Shown here piece by piece: positions 49,620 through 62,045 of a stretch of 64,000 nucleotides of DNA (its first letter is position 1; each line of letters begins with the position of its first letter). The notes beneath the pieces are model-generated. The model was given only the letters and a program-made list of their open reading frames with translations, had not been told where the DNA came from and did not search any database. Origin of the DNA: Trichodelitschia bisporula (taxonomy: Eukaryota); NCBI GenBank assembly GCA_010356995.1, contig ML996689.1, forward strand, positions 1,010,691 to 1,074,690. Reading direction: 5' to 3'. The translations under genes were made by a program, and so were the position numbers.

Positions 49620-50403
49620 ATGGCGTTCTGTAGAAGCCAGACGAGTGGTGGCTATTGGTGATGCTACCTGGAGCTCCTGGTCAAATGGTAGGTTGGCGGG
49701 CAAAGCTGTGGAGTCTGGGGAGCGTTCCGTTCCCGCGCCAAATGACGCCGTGGAGGCAGTCGCGGCAGTCCGTGCGCCATGCCTTTCATGGAATAGGCAG
49801 CACGGACCTCTTGACCCGAGCTCTCCACCACCTAAAGTCCTGGGGTAAGGGCCATCCGAAAATGTTGTAGCGCTCCCCCCAGAAAGTTCTGGCCGGCCTC
49901 TTCCAAAGTCTTCGTCGAGTAAGAGGCAGAGACTATCGGGCTCTCGTGCTATGACCTTTCCAATGGCCCTTGGTACCAATTGATGCCGCCTATGCCCATT
50001 GATGAACTTCTCCTGCTAGCCGGCCCAACGTATCCAAAGCTCGTCAAAAGCCATCGTTAGATCCCTATAGTGCCCCCAGTCCTTGGGTACAACCTCTAGA
50101 AGCATCTTCGTAGTTTCGTCGATATTCCGGCACCGTCTAACTACTGCCTGGAGCAGTGTGAGTATCTCGGCCCTCTTCTCTCCGTTATCGATCGCTTCAA
50201 AAGGATTGTTGAAGTTTTCGTAAAAATCGGCAAGGGTCGTGTACAGTTCACTTATCAGCCCGTACGTAGTAGGCTTTGTCCCAGACGACCCTACCTTCGG
50301 CTCAATCTGTGATCCCGTCATCGATCCCGCCGCTAAATTCATCCAGGGTGTGACAGGCTTCGCGGACGACTCCTGAAAGCTGATCAAACATTTCGAATGA
50401 CAT
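49620..50403 (-). pseudogene. Possible degenerate or recoded ORF upstream of and in frame with SNX4
   Basis: Protein-like frame from 50387 to SNX4 exon 1 broken only by TAG at 50016-50018. A short protein-like ORF starting at ATG 50403 lies in a neighbouring frame. Confidence 0.3.
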
Positions 50404-50809
50404 GTCGAATAAGAGTGCGAAAGAAAGCGTGGTGTACGTAGCGATGACGACCACCAGTGAGGCTTCTTACCCCGCAGAAGGACCGCTTATTAACGTGGGA
50501 TCATCACGGCACAAGCACAGCCCAATAACACCTCCCTTGGTCCTCTCCTGAGCCTTCAAACGAAAGCTCAGCCTCGTCCCGCACTTCTGACCTCCAAACA
50601 CTCCCGATATCAAGGCTTAGATGGAGGAATTTGGCCATTTAGTAGTTGATTTGATCTGAAAAAATGGTAGCACAAGCTTTCCTGCTTGACTCGATAGCTA
50701 GTAAACTTGAATACAGTGTCTCATCGCCCGCAGAAAAGGCATTACGAAACGATGATTCCGAACACGACCGCACCAAACGCCCAGCAACATGTACAGATGA
50801 ACCCAGCAT

Positions 50810-51674
50810 TCAAGAGCTTTGCCCCATTCCGAACCTCTTCTCGAACTCCTTAATCAGCTGCGGACTGATCTCGTCGCTACTGTTCCCATTTACCGTCCAC
50901 AAAACCCCCTTCTTGCTGTAATGGTCTAGCAATGGAAGACTGGTTCGCTCAAACTGCCGGAGCCGCGATTTCCACACCTCGGGGTCGTCATCATCACGAC
51001 GTGTCAGTGCCTCGCCGGTGGCGTCGTCCTTTCCTGGGACCTTGGGGGGATTGAAGGTCATGTTGTAGACACGCCCCGAGGGGGCATGGACCCATCGGTT
51101 CATTATCCGCTCCATGATCGCGTTGACAGGCGTGTTAAGATACACAACCAAGTTGATGGGAATCAAATTGTCAATTTGTGAGGCCTGTGAAACGGTACGC
51201 GGGAAACCGTCGAGAATGAATGACGAATTGGGGTTGTCAGAATAGGTGTATTGCGAAAAGGTAGGCGGCGCAGTCATGTCCTCCATGGAAGACGTAGACA
51301 AGTTGGATGTCGTGCAGCTGAGCGTGTACGGCATGCGCGGCTCTCTTTCGGCCCACCCTCGCTTGGTAGCCTCGTTGAGAATGAGCCTCAGCATCATGGC
51401 GTCAGGAACAAGCACGCCGGCCTTCATCTTGGATTCCGCTAGAATACCTGGGACATGGAGTGTGAGCGCGAAAAGGCTACGAAAATAGGAGTATGGCAAG
51501 CATACCGAGTGGAGTCTGCTGCCTAACATTCTCTCGAAGCAAATCGCCGGAGCTTAGCGACGACAGTTGAGGGAACCTTTTCATCAGGCGTGCCGTTTGT
51601 GTCCCTTTTCCGACACCAGGTGCGCCGACAAGAATAACGCGTGCAGCGCGTCCCAGCTGCGACAAGCCATGCAT
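50810..51674 (-). CDS. ADK2: Mitochondrial GTP:AMP phosphotransferase (Adk2/AK3), 1 intron
   Basis: GAPGVGKGTQ, SSGDLLR, LDGFPRT, LID RWVHAPSGRVYN..PPKVPGKDD.TGE.L.RRDDD. Confidence 0.92.
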
Positions 51675-52849
51675 GTTTCCGAGCAACACCGCTGTTCAGC
51701 GAAATTACGGGCTATCCTGAGAGGTAGGAGAGAGTGCGGGGAAAGACGGGGTCCGTCCGGTTATCGCAAGGGACAGGTCAGTGAAAGGTTAGAGGTCCAT
51801 TTTGGAGAAGAGAAGGAAGGGACTTGGGGAAATAAGATGGAGAGAAGAGAAACGTGGGGAAGTGTGGAGGTAGGGAAGATAAGAGAGAGTTTATTGAGGT
51901 GGACGAGGTGTGGTTGAAGTGTGCAGCACGTTAGGACCCGCCTGGGAGGTCGGACGGTGAATCGGGGGATCTGTGAAGCTGGGGGGTGGGGAGGAAGGAG
52001 GGAGGGGTGTGACTGGCCCGTGGGCGGGGTGCACTCGTGGGGAAGTTGGGAGAGGGGGCGTGAGGGGAGTACTCCGTACGTAGTAGTGAGATCTCGCCCC
52101 GCCGGCCGGTCGGAGAGATGTGAAGCTCCGAAGGCGGAATAGCGTTCGGAAAGAGCGGGGGTGGATGGGCGAGCCCGCGGGAGCATGTGGAGACAGCATT
52201 TGGGGGGAGTAACCGTGAACTTCATCCATATAACATTACATCCTTAGTCTAGAGCTAAACCCTCGCTCCGACGTCGGCTTCTAATGTGACCCGACAGAGT
52301 TAGGAGGGGGGGCAAAGGCGGGATAAAATGGAGTTCACGAAGCGAGGTCTTTTTGCGCATGATCCATTTTTTTCTGTTGAGCCGGCACGGAACGCGACGG
52401 GCATGGATGAGTCGCTCCGAATGCCGGATCTCACCTTCGGTCTGGTTCTGCGAAGTACAGTAGATGAAGAAACAGTGGACAAGCCTCAGAAGGCGTGATT
52501 TGCTGCAGGTTTTCCTGCAGTCCTGCAGTCCACGCCGTTTGTGGCTGGAGAGTGTTGAAACTTCTTGTAAGGTCGTTTGCATGTCAAAAATCAACCGTGA
52601 TGCCTCAGGCTGAAACAAGGCATCCGCTACATATGCAACATTCTTCATTCTTCGTCATCCCTCATCCCACGTTGACCCTTTCACATACCACTTCTCCGCA
52701 ACCTCCACGCTTCCACCGCCCCACCCCGCCCCCCCCCAAATGACTTGACGTACACTTTCCTTCCACATCCGAGTCTTTTTATTGTCCTTCCTTGACGAGC
52801 CTGAAAGTATTTCTTTCCGACGCGCCAACCATTTGGCACTCGCCTTGCT

Positions 52850-54428
52850 ATGTCGCTCAATCGCGCATCCTCAAAGTTTACGCCTGTTCTCCTGAGGAAC
52901 ACCGCGCGTACAGTCCGCCAGTCGCGCCAGTTCCCATCGCATATTTCCGCCATCGCGATCCTTGTTCCCCGTAGGACTCTTGCGACAAATACTTCTACGA
53001 CTCCCGGTCCCACCGGAAACGTTCCGCCCCCCGGTTTCAATCTTGAGGAGGCGAAGCGGCCGCTGCCTAAGGAGTCGGCAAATGGATCCGAAAAGTCTTC
53101 TTCGGCGTCAACCGGTGATGCGAAAGACCATGCCAAAGATACAGTAATCCCGAAGGATGGCGCTACGTCACACCCTAAGACCGCAGCTGCCGAGGCGCTG
53201 AGCCTGTCAGAACTGGCTGCAGAAAAGGTGTCCGCCGACAAGGCATTGACTAAGAAGAAGGAAGAGGAGAAGAAGTTTACAATGTGGCAAAAGGTCAAGA
53301 GGGAGTTGGCTCACTACTGGGACGGCACGAAGCTGTTGGGTGCTGAGATCCGGATCAGCTCAAAGCTGGCTTTGAAGATGGCGGCTGGTTATGAGCTGAC
53401 CAGGAGAGAACACCGCCAGGTACGTCTCATTGCTCTTGAAATGCTGGAGCGGCGCTGACTCTATTTCTGTGTTTTAGCTGCAGCGCACAGTGCAGGATCT
53501 CGGCCGCTTAGTGCCCTTTTCGGTCTTCCTCATCGTTCCCTTTGCCGAGCTGCTGTTGCCGGTTGCGCTGAAGCTCTTCCCCAATCTGCTTCCGAGCACG
53601 TACGAGGGCGCAAAAGCCAAGGAAGTCAAGGCGACCACGCTCCGCTCAACGCGCAAGGAGATGAGCAGCTTCCTCCGGCAAACGCTCAAAGAGACCGGTC
53701 TGCCCGTGACGGCAGCGAACGCGCAGAAGGACGAGTTTACCGATTTCTTCCGCAAGGTCCGTACCACCGGGGAGGCTCCGACGCAGGCCGATGTCATCAA
53801 GGTGTGCAAGCTGTTCAAGGACGACCTGACCCTGGACAACCTTTCACGGCCGCAGCTAGTAGCTATCTGCCGCTACATGAACCTGAACGCCGTTGGTCCG
53901 GACACCCTGCTCCGGTATCAGATCCGCCACCGTATGCGCCAAATCAAGCGTGATGACAAGGCCATTTCCTTCGAAGGTGTCGATTCTCTTTCCGTTCCCG
54001 AGCTTCAGACCGCCTGCGCGAGCCGTGGCCTCCGCACCCATGGCGTGAGCCCCGGTCGCCTCCGGGATGACCTCCAGATGTGGCTTGATCTCCGCCTCAA
54101 GTACGGCGTGCCTTCCACGCTGCTTGTACTAAGCAACGCTTTCATGTACGCTCAGGGCAAGGAGACGGAGCTGAACTCGCAGATCGATGCTCTGCAGGCT
54201 GTGCTCTCAAGCATCCCCGAGGAGTTGTTCCACGAGATTGAGCTTGAGGTTCACACTGCCGAGGGCGCCGCGACTAACAAGCAGCGCCTGGAGGTCATCA
54301 AGGAGCAGCAGGAGCTCATTGATGAGGAGAACCAGCAGCGTGAAGGTAACCAGAACGCGAAGAGCTCTGTCAAGGACGACAAGGACATTGACGAGAAGGA
54401 AGAGCATGATGAGAAGAAGGCGAACTGA
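52850..54428 (+). CDS. MDM38: LETM1/Mdm38 mitochondrial inner membrane protein, 1 intron
   Basis: Presequence; HYWDGTKLL; LTRREHRQLQRTVQDLGRLVPF..FPNLLPSTY; LDNLSRPQL; LQTACASRG. Confidence 0.95.
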
Positions 54429-54711
54429 TTTCCTTCTTTCTTGTACAAACAAACGACTACATTTCCTTTAACTTTCGCTCCGAGGAGCTGGCATACATTT
54501 CTTTGGAAAACACCGGCGCATTGGGGGCCTGAAAAAGGCACCCCTGTTAGGCAAGGATAGACTTCGGAAGGGTATCACCTGTACGTGTAGAAACAATCTC
54601 ACTCAGTCGGCACTTGAGGCTTCTGTGACTGGTTCCGCTTGCCCAGGTATGGACAGGGTATTTTCATTCTCGCATGTATGTACCAGAGTAATAGCCAAAC
54701 GCAACAGACCC

Positions 54712-57207
54712 TCAATGCTTGCTCTTGCGCATCCTCTTCTCCCGCTCGTAAATGTTCTTCTCCCGACCCTCTTCGCCCTGAATCTCCGACACGAGCTTGC
54801 GATACTTCTCCTCGTACGCGCGATCCTTCTCCTTCTTCTCCTTGAGCTTCTCGCGCGCCACAAAGTTGGAATCCTTGCGCAGTTCGCGCATCGCCCCCTT
54901 GCGCTCGCGCTTGTACTCGGCGCGCAGCTTGGCAGCGTCGGCCCGCTCGCGATCGGGATCGTAGTGCTTGTCCGGGTTGAAGTTCTCCTCAAACTTGGGG
55001 ATGGCCGTCTTGATGGGCAGGGGGAGGTGGTGGTGCAGCTCGAGCGGACGGCGCGCGAGCTGTGCCTGGTCGAGCAGGATCTGGATGTGCTGCTGGGCCT
55101 TGCGTTGCTTGAGGCTTTCGAGGATGGCGGGGGCCGCGCTGAAGATCTCGGTGAAGGCGCTCTTGTCGGACCATAGGTCGGCCATGGCAATCAGGTTGGC
55201 GACGTGCGGTTCCAGTTCTGGAAGGGGATGGTGCTTGGTTTGCATGGCCTGGAGCGTGAAGCGGACGAGTTCGGGGATGTATCGCTTCGAGAAGCCCTGG
55301 TACTTGATGCAGAGGGCTCCGATGTATGCGCCTGTTCGCAGGTGCTCGATTTCCGTGGGCTTAGTGCGTTCCAACCACCGACACATGATTGTGATGGCTG
55401 GTGTGACAACCTGATGGAAGTGGTCGGAGGTGGGGAAGATGGCACCAATCGCCGTCAGAACCATCAAATCGCCAGCGGTCATATCCTCGCGACTATGCAT
55501 CTCCCGGAGGTGCGTGCGGAAGCGCTGGCCTATCTGGTCGACAAACTGCCTCGCCATGGAGTGGATATGCCGAATGACCCCTTCGTAAGCCTTCAAAGGC
55601 AATGCAGGCTTGACGTTCGGCCTCTCAACCAAAAATTGAACCAAAGACTCGGAGAAATCTGCCAGCTTGCCCCTGTTATCGGCGCTGAGCGAGAGATCGT
55701 GCAAGACGCGGATTCGACGGATGGCTTCGGTAACATGCTCCCAGGCAACCCCCTCGATGGCGGCAAGCAAATCTTCGTATGTCCTTGGGCATGTCTGGAT
55801 AGATTTGAGCCCCAAAGTTGAACCCTCAAGGTCCTCCTCACGCAAATCGTCGCCCCCGTCATTGGAGGCATGTGAATCAGAGTCGGAGTCTGAGTCCGAG
55901 TTGCCCACACTCTCGTTGTCCTCTTCATCGCTTGAGGCCATCTCAACGTCGACGAGGAATTCGTCTTCGTCCTCGAAGCCCGCCGGCCTTTCTAGCACGC
56001 GGGTATTGCTGGGGAGGCCAAACTCGACCGCGTCGTCTGCCTCTTCTTCCTCTTCCTCCTCCTGATCACTCTCGTTTCCAACTGATTCACTAGCTTCGCT
56101 CTCCTCCTCGTCACTTTCCTCCGCTTCGCCCTTCATTCTCCGCAAGCGCTTTTCTTCGAGTTCTTTCAAACGTTCCGCCTCCTCTTGAATCTTTTCTTCG
56201 TCCGTCTTCGTACGGTCGGCGGGCTTCGAGCGTCGGTCCAGGGCCATCTTTCGGATTTCCTTATCGTAGTCGCCAAACGGATCGGCTTCTTTTGGCTTGG
56301 CTGCAAAGGCAGATTCTGCTGCAGCGGGCTTGGGAAGCTTCGCAAGGGAGTTTTGCAGGCCTCCAAGCACGGCACGGAGGTCTCCAATCCCCTTGTCTAG
56401 CTCCTCTCGCACATCCTCATCTTCCTCTTTGGCCGCCTGCCGTTCGTACTTGTGCAACTTGGACTTTGCAATGACCTCTTTCATGACTTCAGCCTTTGTC
56501 TTCTTCCTCTCGGGCTCCTCGCTTTGGGCTCCGGGCAACTCTTCCAACTGCGCATGCCTTCTCTTCGGGGGCCTAATCCCGTCCCGCTCTTCCTCACTAT
56601 TGGAAGATAGGTTACCAGCATCGAAATCATCCACAAGCATGTCCCGTTCATCCAGCGTGAGTGTGCGCCCCATATGTGTGAGCTGCTCTTCTGGTTCATC
56701 CATCTCGAGATCGAATAGTGAAGACTTATGCTTCTTTCCTTTCTCCCGGGTAAACCGTTCCAACGCTCTCTCCTCCGGGGTCATTGTAGGATCGTTTTCA
56801 CCAATGCGCCGGTCCAGTATACCGCCGACTTTGTTGCGCTTTTGCATCTCAAGAAGAAGGGTTTCTCGCCGCTAGCAAGCTCCACGTTAGATACTATGCC
56901 GGTGATTAGAAGGGGAACATACTGCCTGCTCTCCAAGACTCTTGGTCACTCCAGGACGGGCAACAGCCTGCTTTGCTGCTTTGCCGGTCATGGTCTTCGC
57001 AGTGGTAACATCCATCTTGCTAGGCCTTGACGGCTGCTTGATCTCGAAGGGATTGAAGCTTTCGCGGATATTTGCCAGTGCCACATTGCGCTGCACGCGC
57101 TGCTCAGGCTTCACGCCCTTCTTCTTCTCCTTCTTGGATTTGGGGGGACCAGTAATTCCATTTTGTCGTAAAGACTCCTTGAGGCGCTTTAGTTGGGAGG
57201 GAGCCAT
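54712..57207 (-). CDS. NOP14: Nucleolar protein Nop14, 1 intron
   Basis: MAPSQLKRLK..FNPFE; GGILDRRIGE; KTKAEVMKEVIAKSK; FPTSDHFHQVVTPA; KRERKGAMRELRKD. Confidence 0.96.
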
Positions 57208-57642
57208 TGTACCGGATGGGTGTCCGAGACGTAGAGCGGGCAGGCCTCGACTTTTTTGGGAGTCGCGAAAAATCCAAAACCTTTATCTAATCTTATCTCT
57301 ATGATCTTGGCAAATTTGGCAAAAGACGTCCGTGCATGACGCCCCCTCTATAATTCTGACGACAAGACAAACCACCACCGTCTTCTGGACTCCAATCAAG
57401 AAGCTTCACTTTGTATTTACGTTGCGCAGTGCATAACAAAGCAGTGCAATTTACTCCGTAGAAATTATTATCCTGCTTGTATTAAGCAGCATACATATCA
57501 CTCTAAGTATTCCCACAATCAATGGCGTTGCTAAGTGACAGCGCTGGTATGGACAGTACACATTCAGCTACTGAAGGCACAATGAGCAGTCTTTTCCAAA
57601 TCACTATCAATCCTTTTTACAATACAAGCCATCAGAGCGTTC

Positions 57643-59572
57643 CTAAGCCTCAATATGCTTCACCTCCGACTCATTCTTCACTCCTTCATTGTTGAGTGTG
57701 GCCGCAACTTGGCCCGACATAAGCTCCTCGGTGTTCGGCGCGAAGAATGTCAGGATGAAGCCAACTACCGAAAACGCAATTGTTGACAGATAGACAGTGC
57801 TGTATGCATCCGAACTGGCTTGCTTGTATGCCCGAGCACCCACTGCAATGACCTGGCTGGTCAGACCTGGGATGGCACTGGCAGCACTTGCCGTTCCTGC
57901 TCCCAATGCCGTCATGTAGTCGGTAAGGGAGCTCTGCGGAAGCCCGGCCTTCAGCACCGCCGAAGGTACCTGGTCAGCAATCTCCGCCGTCAGACGATTG
58001 GAGTAGACTGCGACATAGATTGCGGTGAGGACAGCGCACATCCCTGAACGAATGGAACCCGCAAGTCCACCGGCGACACCGATATCACGCTGATCCTTCA
58101 CCAGTATCGTAGTGTTCGTAAGACAGATAGACTCGTTCCAGCCGATGAAAAAGCATCCAAGCGCGATGAGTGTCATCGTCGTGTTCTTGTTATCGGGAGT
58201 ACCAGAGGCTGCAGCTCCGAGGAAAGTTCCACCAAAAACGAAGGCAGCCATGCACTGGTACTTCTGCTTTCCAATTTTGGTGGTGACGAGACCTGATATA
58301 ATCTGGCCGGCGATGATTGGGAGACCGACGATGACGCTGTAAAACCCGATTTTCATGAGATCGCCGTCACCATACAGGACAGTAACCTGGGCTGGCCAAA
58401 TGATGGAAAAGGCGTAGTACTTAAAAGGTCAGTTATGAAGCAGCCTTTGCATGCGAGACTTACCACACCGGCGCCAAGGCCAAGCAGTATGACGGCCGCA
58501 ACCCAGCGTCCGCTCTTGAAAAGATGCATGGGGACGAGTGGTTCCTTTAGAGGTGCGTAAATTTCCCACAGGACGAAGAGCACCAGTATGAAGAAGCCGA
58601 TGACAAGGGACGAGATGACAGCCGCGGAATTCCAAGCATATAAGGCACCGCCCCACGAGAGGCCCAGAAGAAAGACGATGAACCCGGAGGCGTACAGGAA
58701 AACACCGACATAATCGAAGTGCTTGATCCAGTACATCTTTGAATCAATGTCACGCTTGTGCTTGTCGTGGAAGGTCGGAGGGAAATAAAACAAGGCCCAG
58801 CAGGCGAGAGCGGCACCATTAATGGCCAGGAGCAGCCAGTAAACACCGCGCCAGCCAAGGTTCGGATAGTGTGCGACGAATGCCATTGAAATGGCGGGGC
58901 CGAAACCAGAACCCGCAATGGAAAAGACATAGATCGCGGAATTGCCGTAATAGCGATACTTCATAGGCACACTTCCCGCTGTAAGCCAAGGCGGGTGCGC
59001 CGAAGGAAGTGGGACTTACAGTTCACCGATAGCAAAATGGAAACAAAGTTGTGTTGCGCTGGCAACACCAAGCAGCACGTTTCCACCTGTCTCCGTTAGC
59101 GATCATTTGCAATACAGGATCATCCAAACCTACCAATCAAGACGGGCACGCTTTTTGCGGTGGCACAGACGATCGAGCCTACGACACCGATGATACCACC
59201 ACCGATAAAGAACCACCGCCGGCCGAAGATATCAGACAATCTACCCATTGGCCCGAGACAGACGGACAATGTGACATTGTAAATCAGAGAAACCCAGGTA
59301 AAGTTCTTGTCCGGTCCAAGGTCAGTATTGATGAACGTCAGGATGGCGGCCGCATAGCCAAAGGAGGCAGTTCCAGCCCACAGGCCGAGTCCGATTGCCA
59401 TGAAACTGCCGATGAAGAAGGGGCTGCGATAGTAGCCCTTGCGGAGATCCGTCTCATCGATCTCCATTCCTTCAAGGCCATCATACGTTGGGTCGCGATG
59501 TCTACGAGTATGATGAGCCTCCAAAGCGGCCTTCTCACTGACGGCGTGTTGAGTGGGGTTGACGTCGGCCAT
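57643..59572 (-). CDS. MFS drug/H+ antiporter, TRI12 (trichothecene efflux pump)-like family, 3 introns
   Basis: GRLSDIFGRRW (MFS motif A); GELVPMKYR; WRGVYW..FYFPP; FVLWE; about 14 TM helices. Confidence 0.9.
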
Positions 59573-61368
59573 GTTGCCGTCGAATGAAGGGTCGAGAACT
59601 GGAAGACCCGGTGACAGTGCAGGGCAAGAATCCGGCGTCGCTGCTAGAGTAGGGATACAATGGCGGATGAACTGGTTCTCATATAACTTCCGTATCCCAA
59701 CCGACCATCTCTTGGACATGTGGAGAATGTGGCGTGGTTGCTAGCTAGTGGACGGCCCATTGAGTTGGAGGTCGCAGGGTAACGGATTCCGCGAACTAAA
59801 GCCCTGACCGTTGGCTAACGTGCTTCTTAGAGCCGTAGTGATGGCGAGGCTAGAAAATAAGCATACTTCGTAAGAGCCACAACCTGCCTACCGCATCTAT
59901 CAAGCAGATGTACCTGGTTAACTGCAGCGCCATGGCTCGTGGCATTTGCCTCAAGGTATCCTGCACCACATAGATGCCTTTTCAAGGCGGAGATCTGGAT
60001 ATGTTCCGCATACCGTACTCCATATGGCAGCATCAGAGGCGTATTCTCCGGACAGTAGGAGGAGTCAAGATGTCCCATACTAGCAGTTCCGTTCGCGCAG
60101 ACTATAATGCTTGTGTGAAGAAATTACCCTAGCTGACGCAGGGCATCCGGAGCAGTTTCCGAGTGCTTTTTAGAACGGACCTCGAAATGCTGGAATGGAT
60201 TTCATGGAAAAGTACACATGTATGTTGGTCCTCCAGATACGTGCTCTGAAATGCGTCTACCCGAACTCGTGTCATCAAGGCTGCCCATACTCAAAGACAG
60301 TGGGAAAAGAAACATTGACTGAACATGGCGGCTGGGAATTTCCGCTGCCAACGAGGTTGACACGCACTGTAGGGTCTCATTTTCCGCGCCCCCTAAGTTC
60401 TTACGGTACAAGCGGTAAATTCTCCACAAAACCTGCGATCTATGCACGCGACTACTTCACACCATAAATATCAGTGGCTGGCTAGATGAGGCTAATGCAT
60501 TAAAACAAGCCGTTGGGTGCTTGTTGGTATTTTAGACTTGGGAGGATGCGCGTGGGACTGCCCGGGAGATTGGCAAGGCACCAGGAACGAGGCTGAAGTG
60601 TACATGCGCCATAGCACGTCCCAGCGACCTCACAGGCGTAGCTCGCGGTGTCATTCCAGCAACCAAGTAACTACTACTCAGTACCAGGCTCGAAAGAGTA
60701 CTGCTCATGTGCAAAAACACCTCTGATGAAGGGGCAAGTGCAAACTGCCCAGTGGTACAACTGAGATTCAGCCTTGATTTGTGGTGCTGCGGAGCACTTT
60801 GCGCACCCCGTACCCCGGATGCGGGTATTGTCTCGACCCAGCGACTACCTAGCACTAGTTCAAAGTAGGGTGCTCCTGGAATCGGCCCGCCCTTACGGAT
60901 GTAGACACGCTGACCACAGCAGGGCGCAGTGATTTCGCTCCGTTAACATAAGTTTGACTTGGACCAAGATGCAACTCCACGTCAGCTTCTTCGGGTCGCC
61001 GAGTTCCAGGTCGTCCGACACAGGCGAGCGCCGGCGAACGGCGAGCCAAGAATCCAAGACAAGGTGAAAGCGGATATGAGTGATTTAGCTCGCGACTTGC
61101 AACATGAGTTAGCATTTAGGCCCTAATAACTCACCTTAGAGGAGCGAATGGTTCGTCTAGAAATCATGTCGAATCTGCAGAAGACTCCGCAATTATCGGG
61201 AAACCCCACAGCCACCACCTGCCCAGTCCTACTCGGTGGGCCAGCCGGGAATCGGGTATCTATCCCCAGATTCCCCAGACTCTCTGCGCTCCGCACTCCG
61301 TTCAGCTCCAGGTTCCCCGGTCTCCACTTTCGAGGCGGACTCCATTCCGATCGCGTGCGAACCGGAAA

Positions 61369-61410
61369 CCGGGAGCCTCAGCCCGGGAGCCTCAGCCCGG
61401 GAGCCCCACT
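61369..61410. repeat. 14-bp tandem repeat CCGGGAGCCTCAGC x2 plus a degenerate third copy
   Basis: Read directly: 61369-61382, 61383-61396, 61397-61410 (CCGGGAGCCCCACT). Confidence 0.9.
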
Positions 61411-62045
61411 TGCCCGAGTCCCCAGAGCTCTAGATAAAATAATATGATATTTTCGATTATCGGCGCCAAGACTTGTTCATGGACTTAAGCACGTATGACT
61501 GTATGACTCGCAGTCGATGTGATAATCTGTGGCTATCCTGTCAACGATGGCAGTGATAACCCTTGCTACTTCGCACAACGGTCACGAAATGAAGGCGGAT
61601 GGCCGCGACAGGTAACAAGTGATTCGATCCCCTCCAAGCTGGTACTTATCGGCTAATGGTACTTTGCCAGTCAATAGGTTATGAGATGCTGGGTGAAGGT
61701 TGATCGGATCATAAGTACTTGGAGATGGTCGGCATGAAGTCAAAATTGATCGCCCTATCACGTGGGAGCCGGTGACGTGCATGTGGACCACGGGCTACCC
61801 ACAAAAGTTGTCGCCACCCCGCACAGCTATCTTTGCGGAAGGGATTGATGACAACTTCTTTTAGAGGGCCGTTGATCCGTTGACGGCCCGCACACGCCAT
61901 TGCTTCGGAATCTGACGACTTGAACTCCGAACCTCCGACCCTTCCCCCCATTGCACTATTTCGCCCATCCATCTCCTTACCACTGTATATGTTGCCGTCT
62001 TCTTCGTCGCATTGGAAATTGTGAGCAAACTTTTGCACCTCAGCC

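Noticed and set aside
60724..60764. CTGATGA + hairpin + CTGA resembling a hammerhead core or C/D snoRNA
   Set aside because: No GAAA after the stem as a hammerhead needs, and ~40 nt is too short for a C/D snoRNA.
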